A DNA stretch of 61,727 nt, the filler included, from Choristocarpus tenellus KU-1152 (taxonomy: Eukaryota; Protista; Phaeophyceae), in the NCBI GenBank assembly GCA_964200185.2. It is 9 parts of 9 records of this genome, joined end to end, with 100 filler letters (N's around TTAATTAATTAA, not from the genome) between each part and the next. Parts side by side here need not be neighbours in the genome. Positions count along the whole stretch, not along the records: positions 35,048 to 44,795 come from CAXNAD020003432.1; positions 44,896 to 50,903 come from CAXNAD020009181.1; 7 more parts are not named here. One strand, given 5' to 3'. The notes under the pieces are model-generated. The model did no database searches, was not told the DNA's origin, and saw nothing but the letters and a program-made list of their open reading frames with translations. Shown here piece by piece: positions 38,240-50,406 of the stretch. Position 1 is the first letter of the stretch. Every line of letters begins with the position of its first letter. Made by a program: the position numbers and the translations under genes.

Positions 38240-39900
38240 ATGCCCCTGTAGTCACCACGATCTGTTCAATCCTCCTTCTTGTGGAGGACTGTGATGTTCG
38301 CATCCTTCCAGACCTGTCGCAGAACTTTCTGGTCCTACAGAGCCAACACAATCTTGTGGAAACCCTGGAGTATAGTCTCATTCTCATTTAGACCTATCTT
38401 CAGGATCTCAGCTGCAAGATTGTCTGGATCCATAGCCTTACCATTTTTTTCATTCGTACCTGGATTGCTATAGCCACTTCCACGAGTGTTGTTCATCAGT
38501 GATTGCCATGGATTTGGGTTTGTTGGTTGAGAGATTTAGGTTTACGAGGGTTGAGTTTGATTGGCTTGTCATTCAGGAGCACTGTAAGGTATCTCTTCCA
38601 CCGTTCCATGACGGGTGCTGGCTCCCTCATGAACTTGCCAGGTTCATGACGGATGTGTTGGGAGGCACTCTGTCTGGTTCTCTCTACCTTGAGCCCTTTC
38701 AGGCGTTGCAATAAACCAAATTAGTCTACACGATGGTAAGGTTTCCATTTTCATCATGTAAGTGTCTTGAAACTCATGTAAAACAGACTCCTTCGCCTGT
38801 TTGAGATGTTTGCCAGCCAACTTCTATGCCTTGTTGAATAAGACGCTTTGGGGGTCTGTGTGCAGTTGTTTCTGTGCCCTTTCCTGCTTCTCCCTGGCTT
38901 CCAGGAAATTTACTTGGGCTTGGTCTCTTGCATACCACCCTCCTGTCAACACCTTCCATGTAGGAGGTAGTAGTACTTCTGACACAGCCTCCAACAAATC
39001 GGTTTTGCAAGGAGGTGCCATGTTGCTGATATTGGCAAGTATGTTGGCTGTATCTTTGATTGGTACTGTTTCATCTAATGTGAGGGTTTTTTCAGCAGCC
39101 GCACTCACCAGATCAGATATGAAAGAGTGAAGACAAATTATCAGGACCCCCAAACGAGAATGGTGTCTCTTGTACGCTGGTTGGTGAATTTGGTTGTTTT
39201 CGCACAATAGTATATTACACAACTGCGATCTGGGCGATGATCTTCACTTGTCCACCATGCTGCACGGAGGGATCGTAAAAAGGGCACTTGCCTTTGCTCG
39301 CAACAAACCAACATACAAGGCAGACAAGCATGTCTTGGGGATATTTTACTTGGTTTGCACTTCATATCCTCAGCAATTGATGTCTGTTAGCAGTCTGGCA
39401 CTCTTTGCCCCTCTGTTCTCACTCATTGTTCTGTGCGATGAGATTCCCCCATTGTGACATTGTAGAAAGTAGGTTGGTAGGCCAGCCATCATACTAAGAA
39501 GATCGCTTTGGCCACCCACTTCCTGCCATTCAACGTGGACAAGGTGAAGTTGTTGTTCGGGGTCCATGTGGGTGCATGCAGGTGAGAACTTCCCTTCCTC
39601 GAACCTCCAAAGATGAAAAATGTCGGTGGTTTGAGCTGTGAGAGTTGAGTGGCTGAAGTGAGAGTATGGTCTGCGCTCCAATTTGTGTTACTGCCTTCTT
39701 TTGCATCTGTCCCACAGACAAACATGTGATGAAGATATGCTTTCTTCTTTCCTGGGTGTTACTTGCAATAACATCTCTTGCGTCTTTGCTCCCAGCTCCT
39801 CCAACTGAACCCAATTCTTCACGGTTTGTCAACAGAGTTACATTCATCTTAAGAATTATATGCTCTCAGGCAAAGGTGGGGCGACAGCACTGAGGAGCGA
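38240..39900 (-). mobile_element. APE-RT LINE (RTE/CR1-like) ORF2 relic
   Basis: ERWKRYLTVLLN followed by GKAMDPDNLAAEILK...WKDANITVLHKKED*TDRGDYRGI (start of RT); degraded endonuclease-like region upstream. Confidence 0.8.
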
Positions 39901-40299
39901 TAGTCCTGTTGAGTACTCCTGTGTGTCACTTGCAAAAATCATAATGGACTACTGGAAACTTTCCATGGTCAGGATGGGGTACAATAGGACCAGATGATGT
40001 GAGTGGGTCACTGGGGAGGTTGTGCTCGGCAAAAAAGAGGAGGGGAAGCTCTGTCAGTTAGTATCCACTGTTCTCCAGCAGCCAAGAGAGGAAAGAAATA
40101 AGGATTGCTCAGCTCTAGTACACTAAATATATATTTGAAACATGATTGGATTAGCCCAAGATGAATTTTGCTATTGTTGGTAAGGGTACAGAAAGACTTG
40201 TCAGAAAATGTAAGTGTTTGTATCAAATCTTTTTATTAAATGCTAGTGCTGGAATGGTGACCAAAAGGTTATTTGTCATGGTGACGAGCATCTAGCTTG

Positions 40300-43200
40300 T
40301 TCTGTTCACTGTACCCCCCATGAGATATTTTTCTGGTAAATAAATATTCCACCCTTCCCCACCTCATGTAATCAAATCTTCCATGTGGCCAATGCTTTGC
40401 TCTTGATCCACCTGCTCTTCAAGAGATTCCAACACATCGTCTACATCAAACTGCCCCACTCGGTGGTCATTGCTTTGCAGCATTGTCTTGAAGAGCCAAG
40501 ATGTAAACACACCATGCACATGTCGTATTTCCTGCCTTGTATTATCCAGACATGCATAAATGGTGTGATGAAACTTGATTAATATGTGCAATGCGTTCAA
40601 TTTCGTCAGTGTGTGTACATGTCTTGATACTGTGCATGCTGTAACAGTGGGCCAAAGTTTCTTGAGTTTGGTAGCCAACTATTAATGCTTAAACTCCTCG
40701 TAGTTGAGCCAAAGTATCTTAGAGGGTAGAGCTGCGCCCATTTGGGGGCCAATAGACAATGTTGCGATTTTGATGTAATTTTGGCCATCATGTTTGTTAG
40801 GAAGTGTCAATATCTATGTTCCGGACACACCTTTTCATAACGTATACATTTTACCTACTCCAAAACATTTTGGGGTAGGAAAATGTCATAAAAAGTCCAT
40901 GGGAAGCTAAGCCCCAAATGGACAAACAGGGCAAAACTCGTACCCTCTAAGATACTTTCACTTAGTTCAAGGGCAACAGGCCTCCTGTCCGCTGAGCAGT
41001 GTAGCAAATTATTTGTGTGACACATGGCAGTTTGAATGTTCAATGTCAGTGATAGTAGTAGTAAAGTCTGGAGGGAATCTACCTGTGTAAAAGCTTGAAT
41101 CCCCTTCCTGTCACCAGTCTGTTCATGCAGCTTGTAAACAAGATTGCATAAGAACCAGCTTGCAATCCTCTCAGTCGACCCTGAGAGAGTGGGATTCTAT
41201 GAGTCAACCCAGAGTCCAGTTTAGATAATTCAAGATATGGTAATGTATTTGTATCTTCTAATGCCTGATTCACCACAGTTGTCCCCAAGTATAATTCCCT
41301 CCAGGGAGACATTAACTTTGTGGAGCTCCTGGACTATGCACCCTGAGATATCACAACCAGAATACTTCTTGAGTAGCAGCTTACTGTCTCTGCCAATAAT
41401 CTTGTTTCAGAATTGTGGCGAACCTCACAGGCCTCTCTCGATAGTGTAGTGCTCTCTCTATATGGTATTGACATGCTCTGCAAAATAGTCAACATGAACA
41501 CTGGTGCAGGAATATGACGTGGCAGAGTCTACTGTTTGTCGTAAACCAAATCTAGCTGGTGAATAGGATTGTGCTGTCAATGAAATGGTCAACTTGAGCC
41601 ACCCACATGAGAGGGTAAATGATACGAGTGTCGCCATTGTAGAGATGAGATATTATCTGAGCACATTCATCTTGTCTGGAGCTTTGTTGTAATCTCAATA
41701 AGATGGGTACTGACAAATTAAAAGGGATGCTAAGTCAGATTTGCCTACTCAATGTAGCCCTTTATCAAGGAGTACTCATTGCAACAGCTGGTAATCTTGA
41801 CACAAACAAACCTCCATGAATGCAGGTGACAGGGATCAGTGCCTAGAGGCAGCATCCCGTGCAGTCTTTTGAACCGAGCTGGCTGGACTGATGTACCATG
41901 AGTCAGGCCAAGATTGAGAAGGGTAGGTAGCATGATTTATTTCAACTCTACACTATCAAAATACATCACATATGCTATACTGCATTGAGCCAGTAGGATC
42001 CATTTTGCCTGGAACATCCCCTAACCTTTTTGTTGTTGTTGTGGGCATCACTCCAGACAGAATAATAATGCTAAAAACCACAAATATGTTTATTTGAAGT
42101 AACCCCATATATAAGAAGCCTAGTATGCATAGAACTCCTATATACTTGGAGTGAAGTACGGTCTGATAGAGCAGGTGTAAGGCCATGAGCTGTTTTGCCA
42201 AGTGCTGTGCCTTCGATGAAGGAGAATCTCAAAATATTCACAACCCACAGAAATAGTACGTACTGACTGCACCTGATGACGGCCGGACTGCTCGAACTGC
42301 AACTATTTTGAAGTATAAACACACTTTGCATAATACTAATGATGGGCATTTTTTAAACTAAAATTGTCAAACTACACCTTACATATTCTCTTGTTAAGAA
42401 ATCTGTGCTGTCAATATCCTCGCATTTACAATTTCTTCGCCAATACTTGCATATGGCATTTTTCTTCCAATATAGATAAAGCATCGATATTATTTGTAGT
42501 GTAAGGCTTAGATCTGAGAATGTTTTACACCAAGCCGATTTTCAATTTTCTGCCCCTTCATACCTAATATATACTGTTGGTGCCCAGGGTCGAGGGTCCA
42601 GGGGGTCTCAGACTCTTCCTCACGGTTATTTTGCCTTTCCATTCTGACCTTGTCAGTGTTGTTACTGAGCTTGACATTTATGCTTGAACATGCTTCAGTC
42701 TATGCCATCAAATAATTGTCCTTCAATCATTTCGACCTTCACACTTATTAAGATTGACCTGTCTGTTAGGTCACAAGCTGTACTCAAGTGGTCCTACCTG
42801 CAAGTATCCACAGAGAGTACCCTCATCCAAAGGCTCGAATAAAGTGGCATCAAACAGAAGGACGTCGGCATCTACCTGCGGTAAAAGGAATAAGAAAACT
42901 AGTGAGCACCCCTGATACAAAGAGCTCAGAGAGCACAAGTTGAACTCAGTATGCTATTGTTTGAAGCATTTTTCGTGGGAAATGACACAAGCTAAAATTA
43001 ATGGGATCCAAGTCGGAAGATCATGTGCTTCACATCATACCAACCTGGAAAGTGCTCAGCTCAGCATGGATGCTTTCACCTATCTATGTGAATCATCAAG
43101 GCATTTTCAACCTTGTGGCCAGTCCCCCAATTCCATACTGAAAATTCATTTGTATTCTGTTGGGTTGCTGTGGCTGTGGCAGATGATACCCTCTGGATAA

Positions 43201-44560
43201 AGGTATCATGATGGGTTTGAGAGAGGAGTCCTTGATGTACCCTTGATGTACAAGTGGCTACAGAGCAAAAGAAGACTCTCAAACATGTCTCTATGATTCA
43301 ATATACCCCCCTCTTGGATACTTTGAATTCTATGATATGGAAAAATCATCCTCACCTCACCCAGTCAGCCGCGCGAAAGTTGACATCACAAATTCGCCAC
43401 ACCGCCAAGCTTGTGAGCAGCTCTGGGGGGTCATGGTGCTGAACCACTCGCCTCACCAGTGTGGCCAATTTCTGGCATATGAGGTGGTTGGCATTGAGAT
43501 ATTTACAAGAGATTTCGCATTGTAAACTAAAAATCTGTTAATTGGAGAATTGTAGGTGTTGATACTAACACTTTAATGGGATGATGGTATGTGCAGAGAG
43601 TGAAGATGCAGGCGTAAGAAGAGGGTGATATCAAGGCAATGAGCACAGTGTAAGGAAATGTGTGTACAACATCTTGCCGGTATCTCCACCGTAGATCCTA
43701 TCCCTAGCCTTAACTTGAACTATTTCACCTTTGCACAGATAGCACATCAGTTGTGGCCGACCCACTGTAGGGATCTCTTCAATTCTGGTGCAAGAGTATA
43801 AGTAAGAACTCTTTTTGGGCATGCAGGTTACTATAAAGCAGTAGACTAAAAGCAGCAGGTCAATGGAGAGGTTTGACAGAATGACATAAATTGCTAGCTG
43901 TACAAGCAATCTGACACTTGCTGCTGACATTTTTTGAAACATACTGAAGTACTTATGTCCCCCTCTGACGTTTGAAATTGCAGTCAAGGTGAGGGGAAGA
44001 ACCATACGACAAGACATATCAGGCATTGTGTCTTCAATGATTCAATGCCCAAAGTATTTCTTGTCACATTCTTTGCTGAGGAGCACTCCAAGCAGTTGAT
44101 CGAGGACCACTTATGCAACAAAGCCACTCCTAGTCCTGCCTGTCCACTAGAGCCAGTGAGATCATAGAATACCTGGTCGGAAAGGGAAAATATGTGTTGG
44201 TAGCAGGTGGTGGGACACTTATTGGCACGACCGGTGGAGCTGCGAATACAGTTTGGAGGACTAGCCAGACGCCTAACAGTGATTCACTTGTGGTACTGAG
44301 TGATAAGCGAGTATACCATAGATACATTTTGTTATCTCATCGGCGTTATTCTGTTCTGTGTTACATTCAGTAGGTGTACCAGAGTAAGTGGATGGGTATG
44401 TATGTGTGAACTGGGTGGTTAGGCATCGGCGCACCTTGCCCTTGTCCAACAGTCTAGTGTAGAGACGAAGCATCGATGCCAGTGTATACATTCCTAACCG
44501 AATACATCATGAAAGAAAAAATATCCACATGATACATCATCTTCACGTAGGGGTTCACCC
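40300..44560 (-). mobile_element. Heavily decayed Ty1/Copia-like element interrupted by a family-B MITE
   Basis: VHVDY (YVDD-like) near 41490, RNase H-like ORF 40364-40678, purine tract gaggtggggaaggg near 40350, degenerate knuckle CYLC near 43740. Many stops. Confidence 0.5.
40706..40963 (+). mobile_element. MITE family B, best-preserved copy, 4-bp TSD AGTT
   Basis: agtt|GAGCCAAAGTATCTTAGAGGGTA ... TACCCTCTAAGATACTTTCACTT|agtt. Confidence 0.92.
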
Positions 44561-44640
44561 CGAAGTCAGTGGATCACACTGAGATAGATGGACTCGAACA
44601 GAAGTAAGAACATACAAATCACGTGTTGTTATGGCGAGGA

Positions 44641-44924
44641 GACCCAACGTATCTGGGGGGGGGAGGGGTCTACACCAGAGTGTCCATTTGGACCAAACCA
44701 GGAAAAGTGCACTTTCATTATCCATCCAACGTATGGAACCAAATCACCCAAAAATCACGACATGAAAAAGTTGACCCAAATTGACAGCCACCACCNNNNN
44801 NNNNNNNNNNNNNNNNNNNNNNNNNNNNNNNNNNNNNNNTTAATTAATTAANNNNNNNNNNNNNNNNNNNNNNNNNNNNNNNNNNNNNNNNNNNNCCGCC
44901 GCCCCCTCCCAGATACTTTGAGAC
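44641..44924 (-). mobile_element. MITE family A pieces on both sides of a spacer
   Basis: gacccaacgtatctgggg...gacagccaccacc [spacer] ccgccgccccctcccagatactttgagac. Confidence 0.85.
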
Positions 44925-46883
44925 TTTGTTAGGCAGGACTTTATGTAGAGGGAGAGTGTCATCATTTTATGATATTATATGGTGTTGTTGTGTTTGTGAT
45001 AAAATCAATATCTTAGGATTTCTTATCTGAAATTGCTAAAATGACTGTCACCACACTACACAACATTTAAACAGAATTGAGAAGATAAAGAAACATACAT
45101 CTTCCTGGAGATATTTTTCACAACTTCATTGGGGGATCTTGAATATTCTTCTTCCCATAGCTCTTACTCTCTAATTTTGGGTGGAGCACCTCAGCACAGA
45201 AGGACTTTTCCGCATTGAAGGACCCGTCCCTTCCACGTCTTGTGACCTCGATTCTGTATGAAAAGTAAGAAATGGAGTAAATTTTACTCTTAGAAAAAAA
45301 CTTGTTTAAAAGACAAAACGGGCAAAACCTGCCTACCTCTCAAGTAGTTTGGCCCTGAAGATGAATTGGACTGCAACACTAGTTGTATGTGCTCTGTCCA
45401 GCTCGTACATAAATGTAGTTGTGTATTCTATTGAATAGTCCAATGATTAAATTGCATTCACATGCCTACTGCATGGGTGAGCGAATGAGAACACTATTTT
45501 TGAAGATTTTTGTTTTTTTCTGTATTTCAAAGAGAAATATCCCAATATATACATAGGTGTCTGTTTACTTCCTGGAACTACTCTAACTGTTGTTCCAAAA
45601 CGTCGCAATGAATCACCCCAAATATTCGATCTTCTATTAAATGAAAATGAAACTAGATACTGTTGGCCCACAAGAAAGTGGGTAGATCATCTCTAATACA
45701 TGGGTGACAAATTAATATCAACACAAATCTATTCAATAAGGTCGGGTGGATAGGTTGAGGGTGGAAGTTAGAGGACAGGGGTTGTGGTTTTGAATCAGAT
45801 ATGGATGTTGAGTTCTACAGAGCCTGGGAACGTACCTCCGCACAGGGTTGAATGCAGTAAGTGGGAAAGGACACATCTGGAAGTCTGATTCTCGATACAT
45901 GGATAATTTGTTGTAATGTGTAGTACCTAGGGGAGAACTCCGTCTTTAGTTATATTGGCACCCAAGGAAAAGAGGGGATACAAGCGTGAAGTAAACGCCC
46001 ACCTGTAAGCACCAAAACTAGTATCAACACTATTGAACTATGACCTGATCAGGTCCAGAAGTATATTGATATTCCCTAAAGGAGGACAAAAAGAGTGATT
46101 GAGAAACAATTTCACCCTACGCGCCCTTTCTGTTCTTGTTTAGTTTTGCCAAGAAATGTCATTTTTTTGTTCCCAATAAAACCGTTACATCCATGGAGGA
46201 CTCGTTTTTCTCAAAGCACAGCAGCAGGTATTTGTTGACCTCTAAGAGAACCACAGTTAGGTGAACTGTGCAAAAAGACCAAATGGTTACGTATTGGGTG
46301 GAATAACCTCTTCTTCATACTGGCATACTGGCTCTGCAATCTATCTTTCGTAGTTACATCGTCAATCAAACACATTTATGTTAAGTGCGTACGATATGTA
46401 CACTTCATACTCACTCCACTTCTCCAAGTTGTACAGTACAGTACGCAGCAAACCTGTGTGGTCGGATATATTCAGCACACGAGATCGGTCTGTGTGAATG
46501 GGAAGCTTTATATGCAAGGACATGCAAATTACTTTGAGATCGAAACGTTTTGTTAGAAGATACGTGCAGGGGTAGTACATGGAACAGTGAACCACTCACT
46601 TCGGTAAACCCGGTGGACATCAATAGTCCCGTTTCTTTGTTCTGTACTACTTTGTACAACTAATGAGACAAGTCCAAACAATTCACCAAAAGTGTCCTGG
46701 AAGGTGGATGGAAGAGGAAGGGAAGAAATATGTGGATTGAGAGTAGTTCTGTTACAAAACGCTCAACAAAGTTACCATCATGGAATATGTACCCCCTTTC
46801 CTCAAACGTGTAGAGTGAAGACGAGGCTCAAGGAAAAATCTCGATGGAAATATCTTGAAACGCCCTGGACCTATTGCTTTCAT

Positions 46884-47166
46884 GACCCAAAGTATCTGGG
46901 AGAGGGGTGGGGATCTACACTGTCTGGACCAAAACCAGGAAAAGTGTACTTACATTATCCATCCGACGTATGCNNNNNNNNNNCCAAAGTATCTGGGGGG
47001 GGGAGGGGGGTGTACACTAGGGTGGTGTCCATTTGGGGCATAACCAGGAAAAGTGTACTTACATTATCCATCCGACGTATGCAACCAAATCACCCAAAAA
47101 TCGCAACATGAAAAAATTGACCCCAAAATGGACAGCCGCCACCCCCCCCCTCAGATACTTTGGCTC
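46884..47166 (-). mobile_element. MITE family A (two overlapping versions around a 10-N gap), outer flanks TCAT/TCAT
   Basis: tcat|gacccaaagtatct ... agatactttggctc|tcat. Confidence 0.85.
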
Positions 47167-47299
47167 TCATCATTCAATTTATTGCTTTGTTTGGGGTATA
47201 CAGGAAGGAAACAAAAAAGCATGCAGATGTACGGCCTTTATAATGACTAAATAATAGACAAATAGTCGAGAAGTATAATATGTAACACCTAGGACACGT

Positions 47300-50200
47300 C
47301 AAGGTCATAATTTCATGAACTATTAAGACCCAGTACATGTGACAGTTCTCGATCTAGAATGTAATGTGAGATTGTTGTGACGGCATAACATTAATGGCAA
47401 GTTGTTAACAAGCAATAAATAAAACAAGTGAAACACATTCCGAAAATAGCAAGGATTCGCAGATAGACCTTGTGGGGTCTGCCCTACTCCTTCTCCCCTC
47501 GAAATATTTCCTTTCTTGAGCAGCATGGTGGGTTGACCTTAGAGAATTTTTCCAGACTTGACAACTTTACTATCCTAAGCATCGAATATACTGTCCCTGG
47601 TCGCTCTACACCTTTCTAACAACCTCCCACTGTTTCTTCGCAACTTTAGCTTCTTCGTTCAACAATTACTCCATCACTGCACCACCATCACACACACCCT
47701 CCTTGTGTCAATACAATATTATGTATATCTATCTTTAAACACTCACTGCCAACACAACTCTCATTGCCAACACTACAAAGCACAATTTTACACGTACAAA
47801 ACCTTCCCCCTTAGCCCTGCCTGGAATTGTGTGCTGTTCAACAATAATAATGGTAACTATGTAAAATGACCTTTGCACAATAAATACCAACGCCTTTTGA
47901 CAAATTATACCCACTTTCACTCTCAATGATGATAATGCTGTCCGTGCCATGCCTCACGCCCTTCGCACTGTTGAAAAATAGTCTACTCCTCTGTTGTTTT
48001 ATATACATTTCAACTTACTGTCTACCGTTGGTCTGTCCACTAATAAAGTTCTTTAGTCTACCATATAGGACAGTGCATTGTACCGATATGCCCGGTATGT
48101 TATCACTACTTTCTGTTGTACTTGACATGTGTAAAAATAGGACAATCGTAAGGTGTACCCTATTTTGTGTATGTAAGATTACGGCATTGGATTGAGTCCA
48201 TGGGGTGTAACTAATGAGATAGTACGTCTGGATTATGTATGGGGTTTGGTATTATGAATTAAGATTCTCTGACATACTTGTTGACTTACATTGAAGCCAG
48301 AAATGATAACATAAAAGCAATAAGAAGACACCCCACAAGGTCACCCTTCTTTTCAAACCATGTAAACATATTCAGCAATGGGTCGTGGGAAGCCCCACAC
48401 CTTCTTGTCTTCACTGCTGATCAAATAGCAATACTCTCCAAGGTAAATTGCACATGGCATGGTTGTAGTGCTTAAAACATAGGCTGATTCCTCCACGATA
48501 CGTAATGATCGGGGCCTGTTAGATTATTTGGATGCTTACCTAGCTCCTCGCCAAGTTGTGTAGGGCTAAGCTAGGTTGGAGCCATAGCCGCAAAATACGC
48601 ATTTGACATCGTAATTGCCAACCTTCAAGGGAGCGTTTGTAGTGCAGGTGGTGTTCATTTTGTATGTCGATTTTAGAGAGATACAGTGGTACCAGTAGTT
48701 TCGCCCTCTGGGGTTGTCCCGTCATAGCTTTTAATGTAGACATCGGATTATAAAATTAAAGCATATTCATGATGGCCGTCACAATGCCCTCCCCATTACG
48801 GACTTAGTGTATTTTTCTCGCCATTCTTTCTTTTATTGAAGAAAGAACGCTCATATTGGGGTTCGAACCCTGGATTGTAGGTCACCAAGAGTGGCAACAG
48901 ATGCACTATTACTTGATTAAGGCGTAGGGTTTAGGGGGGGGAAAGCCTCCCCACCCTTTCTTCCTTTGTGTTCGCGCACTCACACGTTTACCTCGGTGAG
49001 GATGTCCTAACCCAGAACGAAACGCCTCTCGTAGCGCCTTTGCTCCGACACATTGATGTGGCCCTTAGTTAGGAAGTCTCTCTCCCATTTACTCACAGTT
49101 TCCGCCCTGACCATCGCATATCCTGCTGCCATCTCGAGCGCCATTTGACAGTCTTTCCCGTCATTCGTACACACGTACAGGATTCACAGTGTTAGAGTCT
49201 TTACTATCATATTTCCTCGTTCAGCGCCGGAAGTGGGCGTCGTCCGTGTTTCCTGGGCTGGTCATATTTTATCAAGGCACAAGGGCGAAGGAGGACAGGC
49301 TTGAGTTAACAAAAATTGTGTTGATTTCTCGAATGAATGCAGGCTGGGAGAAAGTCTTGATCAACTTTATACGTCCCACCTCAAGTCCAGGAACAAAAGT
49401 GAATGTACGGCATCTTGCAAAAAGTGCGAGACATCAAACCATCGGTGTGCAAATAGTCTCAATCTCACCTCCTATTTTCCCTGGGGTCCTCGTTGATGGC
49501 TACCTCCACCTGCTTTGCAACCTCTTCTAAGTAAAGGATTTTGTGACATCGAAACGTCTCCACAGTTACTTTGTTACGATCGCTTTCTCCTCCACCTTGC
49601 GAGCCCTTTCAACCTTCTTTCGGGCTTCAGAGCCCTTGTAGCCCAACCCTAACTCCTTCTTTCTTGTTTCCTTAAGCCACTCCGGCTCGCACAGCTTCCA
49701 AACAGCCAGGGCCTGCTGCAACTGTCAACTACTAAGATATTCTACACCCGGGTTTTCGCTCAGGCGTTTCCTGAGTGCAATGACACGCAGTCACACTACT
49801 CTCTTCCCCAACCTTCCCTTTGGGCGGCCACCTCGGTTCTCCCTTCGCCCACCGTGACCAGGCTTCCCCACAGACTTCGTCACCGCCACCTGGTGATGGA
49901 CTTCGCTGCTCTCTTCCTGCTTTCCCGAGGCGGTAGAGACTGCAGAGCAGTGCTCCGACATGGTTGAAGATCCAACCACATTTGTGTAGTAATGCTTTCA
50001 ATACATCTTCTCTCAGCGTCAGTATCAAGGCCCCATGATCCATTTCGCGATTTGATCATGCTCCTGCGCCACACTACTTGCACTTTGTCGTCACCTAACA
50101 TATAACTGAGGCTCAAAGTATCTGGGGGGGGGGTGGCTGTCCAGTTAGGGTCAATTTTTTTATGTTGTGATTTTTGGTTGATTTGGTTGCATACGTCAGA

Positions 50201-50406
50201 TGGATAATGTAAATACACTTTTCCTGATTTTGACCCAAACGGACACCCTGATGTAGACACACACACACACACACCTCAGATACTTTGGGTTTGAATGTCA
50301 CACGGTACTTGTTTTTCCGTCGCCTCTCGACAGAGAAAGTGCCGAGGGTAGATCCAGGGGGCAGAGTGGCCTCGGTGGCTCTCCTTTTCTCACCGTCGAG
50401 GTTCAT
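47300..50406 (-). pseudogene. Decayed DNA transposase, possibly Sola-like
   Basis: Ordered relic motifs FC*LKP (~49300), CESCTC (~49175), FNVSQQ (~48285), SYFYTCQ (~48135) and HKEGVCDGG (~47690; HGKGxCDG-like). The N-terminal ORF from ATG 50406 is interrupted by a MITE. Confidence 0.5.
50110..50291 (+). mobile_element. MITE family A with 3-bp TSD TGA
   Basis: tga|ggctcaaagtatct ... agatactttgggtt|tga; the poly-C arm has become a CA repeat. Confidence 0.9.

Noticed and set aside
48845-48935. Functional tRNA gene
   Set aside because: Only a B-box/T-loop is recognisable; no acceptor or anticodon stems.
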